60,000 nt of DNA, taken from assembly GCA_038087875.1 (NCBI GenBank), contig CM075989.1:9922001-9982000 (forward strand), given 5' to 3'. The notes under the pieces were generated by a model that saw only the letters and a program-made list of their open reading frames with translations, had not been told where the DNA came from and searched no databases. This document shows, in pieces, positions 38,990 to 50,659 of this stretch (the first letter of the stretch is position 1; each line of letters starts with the position of its first letter). Both the position numbers and the translations under genes were made by a program. Source of the DNA: Malacoraja senta. Lineage: Eukaryota.

Positions 38990-39740
38990 ATTTTGCTACC
39001 AATCAGACACATCTTCAGTTGTGTACCTCAACGTCACTGGGTGTTTCGGCCTTTTATCACAAGACACCCTCGGTCGAGGCAGGCCCACCGCAGGGTGACC
39101 AGCCCTTGGTGTGTGTTTTATGGTTAGCCTCTAGATGGTCACGTGGCAGCCCAGACAGCATCTTTTCTCTTCAGCCACAGCCAGTGACTGCTCCATTCTG
39201 CTTTTTTCCTTCCACTTTCCTCTCTACCGCAGACTGTGGCTGGTTGGGCTCTGGACTCGTGTCCGTTGGTGGGACAGTACTTGGTTGAGCTTCGCCTGGG
39301 GTGCTGATACCCTGTGGACTGTGGTGGTTAACCTGCCACTGGGCTTCACTTGACTGATTTGACCTACTTCTTAGAAAGTAATGGTCAATGCGAGGCCCCA
39401 CACCAAGCTCTCCCAGGCACTTTTCCCTGCCCTGGTGGATCTTGAGACCCTTCTCTGATGTTATCTTTTCCCAGCCACAGATGCAGCTTCGTAGTTTATG
39501 TCCTGCCGGGGCTGCCGCTCTGTCAATTGCTGTGCTAGTTGTCTTATTCATAGTCGATTCCTTCCGTAGCAATATAAGGGTGGATCCAAAATCCTAATTA
39601 GCGATGGATCCTGCTGGCATTAGGAGCTAGCCCATGCCAGCCCCGGTGGGGTCTATTCCCTCTGGACAGCAGTCTCTCCAGGCTGTCACTAGGTCTTTCC
39701 CTGGTTGTCAGCTGCCCTTTCGCAGCGGTCACTGGTTTGA
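38990..39740 (-). mobile_element. Internally deleted HERO-type (R2 superfamily) non-LTR retrotransposon
   Basis: N-terminal zinc finger CICG…GLKIHQGREKC is joined near 39202 to a C-terminal peptide in another frame, AEWSSHWLWLKRKDAVWAAT* (stop at 39139-39141). Both UTRs are retained. Boundaries are approximate. Confidence 0.75.
39005..39069 (-). ncRNA. Candidate non-circularly permuted hammerhead ribozyme
   Basis: GGGUGUC^UUGUG…AGGCC-GAAA-CACCC…CACAA-CUGAAGA-UGUGUCU. All core nucleotides are present, with stem III 6 bp, stem I 5 bp and an imperfect stem II. Confidence 0.7.
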
Positions 39741-42700
39741 TTTTTGTTATAGCTGCCCCTTCTCAATCATCAGAAGATGTTGTGGTTTGAGCATTCTTCA
39801 TCAAAGAATACTAATATTCTTGGAACTTCTGTTTGTTCCCTTGGCTTCATATTCATGAATTAGGGATAGATTTGCAATTTTCTAATGATCAGGAAATACC
39901 AGCAGAGAGTACTTCACAGATATTCCCATACATACTTAGTTTCCTCATCAAAAATGTAATACTCAGTTACGAACATCTTTAAAAACAGAATCCATCATCA
40001 AAGAATCCGAGACTTTATGAAGCTCACTGTTTCACATTTAGGTGGGTTTATATCACTGGAGCTTGCCTCAGCAGGGGCAACATATGCAGAAACAAAGTAG
40101 CTGAGAATGTGTGAAGTCAGCAACAATTAAATGTCACCATGAAGAACTACAAAAGTCACTAAAAGCAATGCCTCAGAAAGTTCCAGGACCTTAACAGCAG
40201 AAGGGAAGAGCACTTCTGGAACTGATCAATGTCAGTGATAAAACAAGTAAAGGCAACTCAGCAACTCCTCACCACCCTGACTTATGGAATTATAGGGTCT
40301 CCGAAAAACTGCTACCAATATGAAGCAGTATATATACACAAGTACACAACAATTAACTCGGTAGGTATAGGGACTAAAATTGAGTTGCACATACATTTGG
40401 ATAAATAGCAGATACATAATGTCAATGATGTTCTACCCTTCACAGAAGTTTGCAATCTAGTTTAAATGCTACTGGTGGTAAATACTGAACCATATTTGCA
40501 AATGGTTTGGCAAAACAAGAAATCAATTATATTTCAATTGTAACAAGATTCACATCATAACCTACATATTGGCAACTAAATGGACTCTGGAAGCAGAGAC
40601 TTTGGGGCTTATTTGAACAAAGGTGTTGAATGCCCAATGTCAAATTAGCCAACCAAGTTAGTAGAAAGGTAAACTGGATGGTGGATAATGGGTACCTAAT
40701 ATGTTATATGTTTTAATAACCCTATTCCAGAACTATTCATATTGCAAACCTGACAAACTTTGGCAGGTTAGTGGACATAGCTCAGTTATAGTAAAGCCAA
40801 CAGAACGTAAACACTGTCACATATTTGGGGTGTTCGTCTATTAATGTTTGTTGTGCCAATCTCTGTCTCGATGATAGTTCATTTATACAGTGTTGTTAGT
40901 CTTTTATCTTATGTGCAAGCACTCCCTTCCTTTATACAGTATTATATATCAGGCAGTGATGCTCTGGGACTTAAAACTCTTTACATTAATCACCTTTGTT
41001 AGTATTCTGGTGATGCCCCCTTTCTTTCTGTTGACTAGCACCAATCAGAGCAGCAGTTAAGGATTTATGTTCTATATACATCTTTTTGTAATATACTGTG
41101 TTTGCAATCGCTTCCACTGACCTTTAATAAGTCATTTGTAATCCTCAACATATCCTTAACAAGGCCAATCGCTCATGCCTCCTTGTTAAGTGATAAATCG
41201 ATCAGAGTTAATATGTTAGGGTATTTTACTTCTTTTGACCTTAGCACATACATATTTAAACTATGCCAGCACGTTTTTGCTGAAAACAGCTGGTTGTTGC
41301 AGTTGAGAGGAAAGAAATGCCCTTTTTAATGAGGAAATTTGAAAAAAGGGTAGATGGGGCAATTTCTTCAGTCACTCCAGGGCATTTTTTCTATTGGCAC
41401 AATCCAATACATTTGTACGAAGTTCCTCTGGGTGTATTTTAACATCCACATCAACCCATTTGTATTAAAATGTCAGAGCCTAAGAATCACAAATTAAATA
41501 TCTCATAGAAGTAGCCCCTATCTGACAATATTCACATCCGAATTACATGGAAATACAGTGCAAGAATTTCTCCTCATAATATATTTCTTTTTCAAAGTTC
41601 CAACCTAAAGCAGCCCTAAGAATGCGTATAAAAATAATGCTCATGAAATAAACGCCATATTTCTTCCGCTCTCACCTTAATGTAATTTTTTAGTGGTTGT
41701 GCTTTACACGCTGAGTTATGTAACCTTCAAAACTAAGTTTCAGCCCAATATGACTTTTTGGTGCAGTCGGCCAAATAGAGAAATGTGAAGGTGTAAAGGT
41801 ATTTTAGATTTTCTAATTACTAAAACTCACATACTCTTATTTTACTGTACAATTTTTCATTTATTGAGCTGCATGCATCCAGTTGCCAAAGTTTCATTCA
41901 GTTGCCAAGAATCTGTCAAGTAACAGCCTGAAAACCGAGTGACTTTCATCTGTGTTGCAGATGCCGTCATTAAACTAAAACTTCTCCATGGTTTTGTTGA
42001 AATCAAGCCCAAAAGAATTGGCATATTTTTCTACAATAGAACAGTCAGTGCTTTTATTCCAAAAAAACACTTTCCCCATATATTACAGAATAGAAAAATA
42101 TATTTATCCCCACCCACTAATTCTGTTCAAAGATTCACGTACAATTTTAATGCCGTACACCCCATGTCAGGGTTTTCTCTATAGTTACGCAGGACACAGC
42201 ACACAGAAGAATGTGGCTGCAGAGTTCTGGAAAGGTTAGGAACAGTAGCAGAGAAACAACCAATTTCTATTTTTTGCCATTAGAAAACGTGTCCTACAAT
42301 CTAGACAAAAATGAAAGATTTTTGTGCTTTTCTCAATTTCCCTACAAAACATGCAAAACATGCAATAGTACTGTGAACAATAATAATGAACATATAACCA
42401 GTCCATTCAGTGCTTGATTTGTTTCAAGAACAATATCCTATTTTCCTGCTCTCCCACTTCCCAAAGACACAAGGTTTTGCAGGCCTCTGTAACTTGCCCC
42501 TAGTGTGTAGGGAGTGGATGTGATTGTGGAATAACATAGAACTAGTGTGAATGTGTGATTGATGGTCAGCATGGACTAGGTGGGCAAAAAGGTCTGTTTC
42601 CACGCTGTGTCTCTAAACCAAATATATCCCATGAAACTGTCTTCTCCTTCAAGCACATCCAAATAAGATTTGTCCAATTGAATCTGCACACACTACCCAT

Positions 42701-44230
42701 TCAGACCATGATTTCCAATCACAACTGTGCATTTTGCAAAACTACTTTGTCTTATTCTGCCCTTTGGTCCATGGCAAATCATTTTAAATAGCAATCTTCT
42801 AGTTATGAACCATTCAGCTATTGCAGGCGGTACTTACTTTGTTTTGTGTGATCCCTAATTCTTCTTTGGTCCAATGAATATGTAGGAATAGCATTTAGCC
42901 CTTGGATATGTTTCATCATTCACTGACATGATTGATCTATGGCCTAAACTTAAAAAACAAATCTTTACCTCCTTTCCCTCGTCCAACCAGCTTCCCCAGC
43001 TAATTTAATTGTGATTCCTCATCACTGGATTCATCACCATTTTAGTAAATCACCTCTGCATCATCTCCAAAGCTTACACATTCTTCCTCAAAGCAGATTC
43101 ACATACTGTACACTAGACTGTGGCTATGTTTCCTATAGGTTGGCATATCTTTCTCTTTTGAACTTCAAAGCCTGGTGGCAGGAGGACAGTAATCTGAACT
43201 GCCTATTCCTGCATTATATTACATATTTGTAAAAAGGAATCAAACAAGATACAGGTATACACACGGAGCTGTAATGCTGAGCAAATTGATCTAGCAAGAT
43301 AGTTATTTCCTTAAAACAATCCACCTTCCATAAATACATCTTAATTCACCTGCTGTTAATACAGGTCTTCATATTTATGATTAACTCTAATTATATAAAT
43401 GTGAATGCATTGACAACATTTAAAAGGTTTCACATTTATACTGTGTGAGAGTGTCAGGCAAGACACAGACTAAAATATAAGACTTAGATTTATACTGCAT
43501 CTTATTCTGTTCTCAAAAAATCCTCATAGTACTTCACATATAATAAATTCCATTCAAACTCAATAGCTGTTACTCACACTGTGCAGAACAATAATTTACA
43601 AGTTTGGCTGAAATGATAAATTATTTCATTTTTTTGTGGCATAGACTAAATAAATCTTCAATCATATTTTTTTGTGGAGACGGCATTGAAGTGTTGGACT
43701 AAATAGACTCTTCCTAGATTCAACATATTTCTATGGTCTGAATGGAATTGGTCTGTAGGACATTAGGAGAGCTCACTGCTCAACTTCAACAACAATGCAG
43801 GACCTTTATCACCCTCAATAGCACATTGGACTATGATTTATTTTCCAAGTGCATTGATTTCTAGTGTCCAGACAGAAGCTGGAAAACTGAACACTGACGC
43901 TCAATATAGTATCCGAGCTAGAACTACCCAACTCCGCAAACGTTTAGCAACTTTCACTGCAATGTGTTGGGATCAGCATCATTCAAGGTTTCTGAATCGA
44001 ACATTTGCAGAACATAAATTTCACGCACTAGCTGGTGCTCGTGCTCATTTAGATTGAACATACATTCCTCTGTTACAGAGTTGGTCGTTTTAACAGTTTG
44101 TTCAGTCTTTTAGGAAGTCAAGAGAGAAAAAAACCAGCCTCAGAAATAAACTAATTATAATTCAATAATTGGTATCATCCCATCACAGTCAAATATAAAA
44201 ATCTTACAATAAATGGAATTCTGTACTTAC

Positions 44231-44347
44231 TTCAGGCAATGCGTTTCTAATAATAGGAAACTGAAGCCCATAGTTTTCATAGATAAGACTCCTATTCTTT
44301 GGGTGGGTTGGATCACGCAAAATCTTCACATCCATGGCCATTTTATG
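44231..44347 (-). CDS. IQCH: IQCH coding exon 5 (HKMAMDVKILRDPTHPKNRSLIYENYGLQFPIIRNALPE)
   Basis: tttttaatag| acceptor, consensus |gtaagt donor, 117 nt, open frame, phase 0-0. Confidence 0.85.
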
Positions 44348-44477
44348 CTATTAAAAATACGCGGGATTAGTTTATTGAAATGTACTTATGCATGCTGTTG
44401 CTTTAAATGATCTAATAATAGTATAAAAAGGCAAGTTACAGCAGACTGAGGTTTCTTCATGAGGTTTTCATTCCTTT

Positions 44478-45012
44478 CCTTTTAACTGGAACACGTAAGA
44501 GGGAGCACATAAAGCCTATTCTGGCCTCCCTCCACTGGCTGCCTGTGTACTTTAGAGTTAGTTTTAAGATTCTTTTATTTGTTTTTAAATCTTTAAATGG
44601 TCTCGCCCCGCCTTACCTCTCTGAGCTGCTTCATCCCTACGCTCCTGCTCGGTGCCTCAGGTCAGCTGATCAGCTGCTCCTGGAGGTACCGAGGTCTAAG
44701 CGGAAGCTCAGAGGGGATAGAGCCTTCTCTGTTGTTGCTCCGACATTATGGAACTCTCTACCTTTGAACATTAGACAGGCCACTTCAGTGTCCATTTTCA
44801 AAACTAGCCTTAAAACTCTTTTCTATTCCTTGGCTTTTGACCCTGCATGAGACTTTGCTCCTGTTTTAGTGTTTTTTATTGTTTTTACTGTCTTTTAATG
44901 TTTTGTTGTTTTGTTTTATGTTTGTGATTGGTCATGTACAGCACTTTGTTGCAACGGTGGTTGTTTTTAAAATGCTCTATAAATAAAGTTATTATTATTA
45001 TTATTATTATTA
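44478..45012 (+). mobile_element. L2 LINE 3' end
   Basis: Uninterrupted frame LLTGTRKREHIKPILASLHWLPV…APPYLSELL…RAFSVVAPTLWNSLP…FKTSLKT, then AATAAA and a (TTA)n tail. Confidence 0.92.
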
Positions 45013-47040
45013 CAGAGAATAATTGCAACATTTTTAGTGCTCTTTCCTGACTTCAAATAGATCTACTTGCCCTGTTATATACGGCCACATTTGAAGTTGC
45101 TTAAACTCTACTCAATGCCTAATAAAGGTTTACACAAGAATGGCATGGTATTCCTGATATTGCACTCAGCTACCCAAGCAATACAATCCAATATTCTATT
45201 TGCTTTGGCAATAGTTTCACATTGCCGGTCCTGATCCTTCAGGTATTATTGTACTCTAATTCCCTGTTTATTCACCTCACTCAACAACCTTCATGATATA
45301 AATATGCATGGCATTTACACTACACATGTGCACAATGTATTTCAATGCATTGACATTGAAGGCATCTGTTGATGGTGACCCATTCCACCAGCCTATGTAG
45401 CTTTGTTTGAAATATTTTTTCAATTTGCCAATAGCAGCCACATACATCTTTGTGGTAACTAAAACATACTTGTCCATTGTCTCTCTCCAGAACATTGCTA
45501 AATGTAACAACTTCAATGCCAACCCTTCTGGGATCACACTGGTTACTAATCCTGAGGCATCACTAATACTGTAGTATTGATTGCAACCTCCTATCTGCCT
45601 ATTAATTCCTAATCCAACCCAAAAATGGTCTGCAAATCTTTTGACCTACTCGATGTTATATTGCACCTTGTTAAAATCAAATTTGTCCTCTTCTTTAAAT
45701 AAAATCTTTGAGGCTCTGTTCATTTTCCATACGTTACATTAAAAATCTTAAGTAACCCCTTCACTGTAAAGGTAGAAATACAGTGTATCTAAGGACAACT
45801 TTGAAGAGATGTTGTACCATCCTTGTGGGAGGAGGTATGTAACCTGAAGGTTAACAAAGGCATGGAACTGGGGAAGAGGAAGTATTAACAAAAAGAAAAA
45901 GAAATGAGGCCTATCTGTACACACATATACCTAAACATCTCCACCAGAATGAGCAGCGAATTACAGTACACTAATCTATCACATCCAACCTTCCTTCGAT
46001 GAATGTATAAGGAATCAAATTGTGCCATACATGACTGCACAGACCTGTATTTACAGTACAATAAGGTAGCATGATTACATTTTCACTCCAACCTTGTTTC
46101 AGATGTGTCTTATGAAATAAACTAATAGCTTGAAGGCAAAAATATGACTCGTTTTCTATTCCTGCCAAATGATGTAATTTCGTGCTGGTAAAACAACCTA
46201 AAGCCTTTTAGAGTCTGTGAACACTAACATATGCTAATAAGCTATAAATGACTGGTTCAGATGGGAAATTCAATTTTTCTTATTGCATTTTCAAGTACGT
46301 AAGTAGCTAAAACTGTGCAGTAATATGTAGATGCGTAGGTTTGATGTTTAATACAATTGGGCAAAATCAGTCACTTTAATATAGATTCTGCTCATCCGAG
46401 GTTTCAGAAATATCTTTTAACAGCTTTTTCCATGTAGAAATGAGCAATTAATGTTATTGTTGGTCTTCATAGTGCATAGATATAAATATAATGGTGCTAC
46501 AGCTAAAATTAATGTAAATTGGTTCAGCCTGCATAGAAGGAGTGACTTTGCCTCTTCTGCAAAGCAACATGGTATGTTTAGTTTATTTTCTTCTCATAAA
46601 AATGCCACGGCGCATCAGCAATTCTTCGGTATCTGACCCAATTTACATGGTGGCATTGCTGGGATAATCTATCATGGAAAATCCCACCCAAACTTAATTC
46701 TGCACTCATCCAATATTAACTGCATTGTATCCTACCACCATCTGGGTTTAGATCGACACAAACAAAGAATGAATTTAGAATGATTCTGATTTGATAGAAT
46801 AATGTATGTTTTATTGGGAGCATAGGTGAGACAAAAGGAAAGCAAAATTATCCATGGTTTCTTTCCATTTAGCTTGCTAGGACAATGCATGTGTGCTGAA
46901 CCCTTGAATAAAGTAACTACCTTGGCTAACACAAACATGAAAATGATTTGGAAGAGTATTTCAACATTTCATAAATGGTAAGTGCCTGCAAAAAAATAAT
47001 GCAGGTATTTAATTTTTACTTATGATATGACCATAATTAA

Positions 47041-47250
47041 TAGACAATAGGTGCAATAGACATTCGGCCCTTCGAGCCAGCACCGCCATTCAATGTGATC
47101 ATGGCTGATCATCCCCAATCAGTACCCCGTTCCTGCCCTCTCCCCATATCTCCTGACTCCGCTATTTTTAAGAGCCCTATCTAGCTCTCTCTTGAAAGCA
47201 TCCAGAGAACCTGCCTCCACCGCCTTCTGAGGCAGAGAATTCCACAGAAT
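47041..47250 (-). mobile_element. CR1 LINE 3' end
   Basis: Encodes LWNSLPQKAVEAGSLDAFKRELD. Confidence 0.88.
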
Positions 47251-48039
47251 TCTCAAGTCCATTGTAATTTTTGGGGACACAAGGGACTGCAGATGTTGGA
47301 ATTCTGAGCACAAAACAGACTGCTGGAATGAATCAGCAGATCAGGCAGCATACATGGAGGGAAATGGACAGATGTGTTTCGGTTCTTGACCCCTCTTCAA
47401 ACTGATAGAGTGGATGCGAGATAGCTGGTTAGAAGAGGTGAGGGGAAGGGGTGGGAATGAGCTTGGAGGGTAATTTTAAAAAGGAAAGTGGAATCAGAAG
47501 GAGGGATGGTGGATAGAAGGGGAAAGGGGAGTGTACGGAAAATAATCAATAAATAGGAGTCTGACATACAGTAGGTGTCCTTGTTACCTCGATGGTCCAG
47601 CAATCAGTGTAGGACCAGGGAGAAGGCCCTGCTCCTACCGGACCTGGTGGTCGTGGCAGACTGTCTGGGAGGTTGGAGTTGATATGTGCTATGATCAGCA
47701 TCAAAGCACCTCATGACGGTGGATTGCAGAACCACTAAGTAGTCATTAAGGCATGCTACCTTGGCACTGGGGGTCATCATGGTCTTCTTAAAGCATTGAG
47801 AATCTCAGATTCGAGTAGGGAGAGGTAGATGATGTCCACAAATACTCCACCAGGGTTCGAAGAACATGGCCAAAGATTCCATGTAGACCAGTTGCTTTCA
47901 CTCTCAGGAAAGCTGATCTGACATCTGCAACGTTGACCATAGATAGAGGTTTTACGAAGCAGCTGTGTGAGTAGTCTGACCTTCTGTTTATAAACATATA
48001 TAGAATGTGTTGTGCAAACCATTCTGCACAACTTCACTT

Positions 48040-48300
48040 TGTAGCCCCTTGCTGGGTAGATGACAAGGAAAGGTTGGAGTAGTTTATCTGAAATTGGAGA
48101 ATTCAATGTTACTGCTTTAGGTTGTAGGCTATACAAGCAGAATATGAGGTGTTGTTCTTCCTTTTGTATGTTTCCTCTCTCTGGCAATGGAAGATGCAGA
48201 GAACAGTCAGATCGATATGGGAATAGGAAAGGGTACTGAAGTGGCTTGCAACCAGGAGCTCCAGCTGGCCCTGCGCAAATAGTGATTTTAGAGTCCACTT
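48040..48300 (-). mobile_element. Degenerate Penelope-like 3' fragment
   Basis: Translates KEEQHLIFCL..LQP. Confidence 0.65.
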
Positions 48301-48524
48301 CATTTGAATATCCTGATAAACTGTAGCTGGCTTTTATATTCTGACTAATCAGAGAGTGGTTCAGCTCTTGGTTTATGGAATCTAGTGGAGCACTATTTTC
48401 AAGACCACAGCCATATCTTAACATTTAATCTAAGTAATTTACATCTGTGAATCCTGTTCCTCTTATTTGGTTGAAATAAATGGCCTATGTAAATAATCTG
48501 GGGAGAATGTAAAAATGGGATTAA

Positions 48525-49083
48525 AGGGGCTGTCCCACTTGGGCGACCTAATTGGCAAGTTTAGAAGAGTTTCTCGTAGGTTAAAAAATGACATGTTGAA
48601 TACCTCCTTCGACTATGTAGAAGACCTCCTTCGACCTCCTTTGACTATGTTGAAGACCAGCTTCGACTAGCTACGACTAACTTCGGGAAAATTGGACACC
48701 GAATAGTGGAGAGTGAAGACGACCTCCTTCGATCTCCTTTGACCTCCCTTCGAATATATTGACCTCCCTACGACTACCTACGACTACCCTCGATTGCCTA
48801 CGACTAACATGCCGACCTACTACGACCTACTACGATTAAACCTACGAGTAAAAAAAGTATCGATTTTTTCCATGGCGAGCTTTTTTTACTCGCGGGCATT
48901 TTTTAACATCTTGAAAAAAACGCCTCGACCTAGCTGAGGCCTCGAGTACATGGCGACCACTCTTGAGCATGAAGGAGAGTTACGAAGACCTCCTACGACC
49001 TCGTGTCGACCATGCTACGAATATGAGTCGAGGGCAAACTCGCCAGAACTCGTGGATTAGGTCGCCCAAGTGGGACAGGCCCT
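48525..49083. mobile_element. Intact PIF/Harbinger-type MITE
   Basis: TIRs aggggctgtcccacttgggcgacctaat and attaggtcgcccaagtgggacaggccct. TAA target duplication at 48522-48524 and 49084-49086. Internal cgacctcct/cgacta repeats. Confidence 0.92.
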
Positions 49084-49654
49084 TAATGTAGGGTTAGTGT
49101 AAATGGGTGGCGATGGTCAGCGGGGACTTTAGAACCTGTTTCCGAGCTATAACTCTATTCTTTGCAAATCTTATAAAGCCTGAACAAGTGAGCTCCAGAT
49201 GTACGCTCCTCTGAAGAATAAAGTATCAGCACACTGAGCCATTCTGGTTTATTAAAGTTCGGCAGACTGGGCATTATTGCGCAGACATCTCCGCTCCATT
49301 CTTTCCCAAGCCTCATTTTCATTCCATGTTGCAACATTGGGCATAATATTCTCCTGGAAATCTAAACAAGTTATTGTTCAAAAACATAATAGTTTCACCT
49401 GTTCTGTATTACTGTGCCCCAGAAATATTCCTCACCAATCTACCTGCTCTTACTATTGTCTTGTAGCATTATTCTTGAAACTTTAGAGATTTTTGCATTA
49501 GAATATAGTCATCTCCATCTTTCTCCACCAAATTGTGTATACCTTTTCAGCATTTAAACACAAAAACTGCTATGGCTCTTAAAATGACTCCATCCTGTAA
49601 ATCTATGAGTATTTTTAATACATTTTTATTAAATTTAAACAAAGCATCTGATAC

Positions 49655-49772
49655 CTGAATTCCGGGTGAAGTATGTTGAGGTGCATTTCCCAACCGAGGT
49701 CCTTGATACTTTTTACGCAAAGATGGATAAGACTCATGTTTCTTTATTATTTTGCTATTGGCTGGAATCGTA
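49655..49772 (-). CDS. IQCH: IQCH coding exon 4 (TIPANSKIIKKHESYPSLRKKYQGPRLGNAPQHTSPGIQ)
   Basis: gatttag| acceptor, CAG|gtatca donor, 118 nt, phase 2-0, which fits the exons on both sides. Sequence is divergent. Confidence 0.8.
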
Positions 49773-50561
49773 CTAAATCAAACAAATTAATAAAAACATT
49801 AACTCCTTGGAGGTTTTGGAGACACATTTTTAAAAAAATATAAACAAGCACATTATGTTCAATGGAATTTTTCAAACTGGGAGTTTAATTAGCACAAGGA
49901 ATGATTATATTCTTTGGGTGACACAATGCTTCCTTACAGTGCCAGAGACTCAGGTTTGATCCTAACTACGGGTGCTGTCTCTACGGAGTCTGTATGCTCT
50001 CCCTGTGCCCGCTGGGTGTTCCGGCTTCCTCCTACACTCCAAAGATGTGCAGGTTTGTAGGTTAATTGGCATCTGTAAATCCCTAGTGTATAGGATATAA
50101 CTATTGTACTATTGATAGAGAAAGATAATCTGTCATCAGAATTGGAAAAGTGAGAAAACAAGCATGTTTTAAATTGCAGCAAAGGGAGGATGTTGGAAGA
50201 GAAAGAAGAGTCTGGGGGAGTAGCGAGTTTTTCATTTAAGGTACTGTAAATCTTACAATAGTAACAAAATATCAGATTCAGTTCACAAGGTGGTCCTCTA
50301 CTCTGGCACATGTTCCATTGCTGTCTCTCCTGCACACATGGGAATGGTTGATTTTCATTGTGTGTCAGATGGGGAAACCTACATTTCGATGTCTCTCCGC
50401 AGGGAATTTTAAATATGAGTATTACTTCTAGATATTTTTCCACAATAAAATGTCGGAATTACTTTCAATATGTCCTGGTTCCATAAGACTTAACATTCCA
50501 TCCTTGTGATCAAATAATAACAAATTGAGTTGGCACTTACAATATGCACTATATTACTCAC

Positions 50562-50659
50562 TCGGCTAAACTGTGACCAGCTGGCAAATCTTTGTATTCT
50601 ACAGCAGGAAGGGTCAACACTTGTCTATTGATCGAATTCAAATATTCTGCTGCTTGTCT
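50562..50659 (-). CDS. IQCH: IQCH coding exon 3 (RQAAEYLNSINRQVLTLPAVEYKDLPAGHSLA)
   Basis: ttttattacag| acceptor, |gtgagt donor, 98 nt, phase 0-2. YLNxxNxxVLT motif as in IQCH. Confidence 0.92.

Noticed and set aside
47777..48424. 215-aa minus-strand ORF
   Set aside because: A chance read-through of decayed Penelope and LINE remnants.
48600..48850. Short regularly recurring motifs that look superficially CRISPR-like
   Set aside because: There is no constant repeat-spacer period; these are internal repeats of the Harbinger MITE in a eukaryotic intron.
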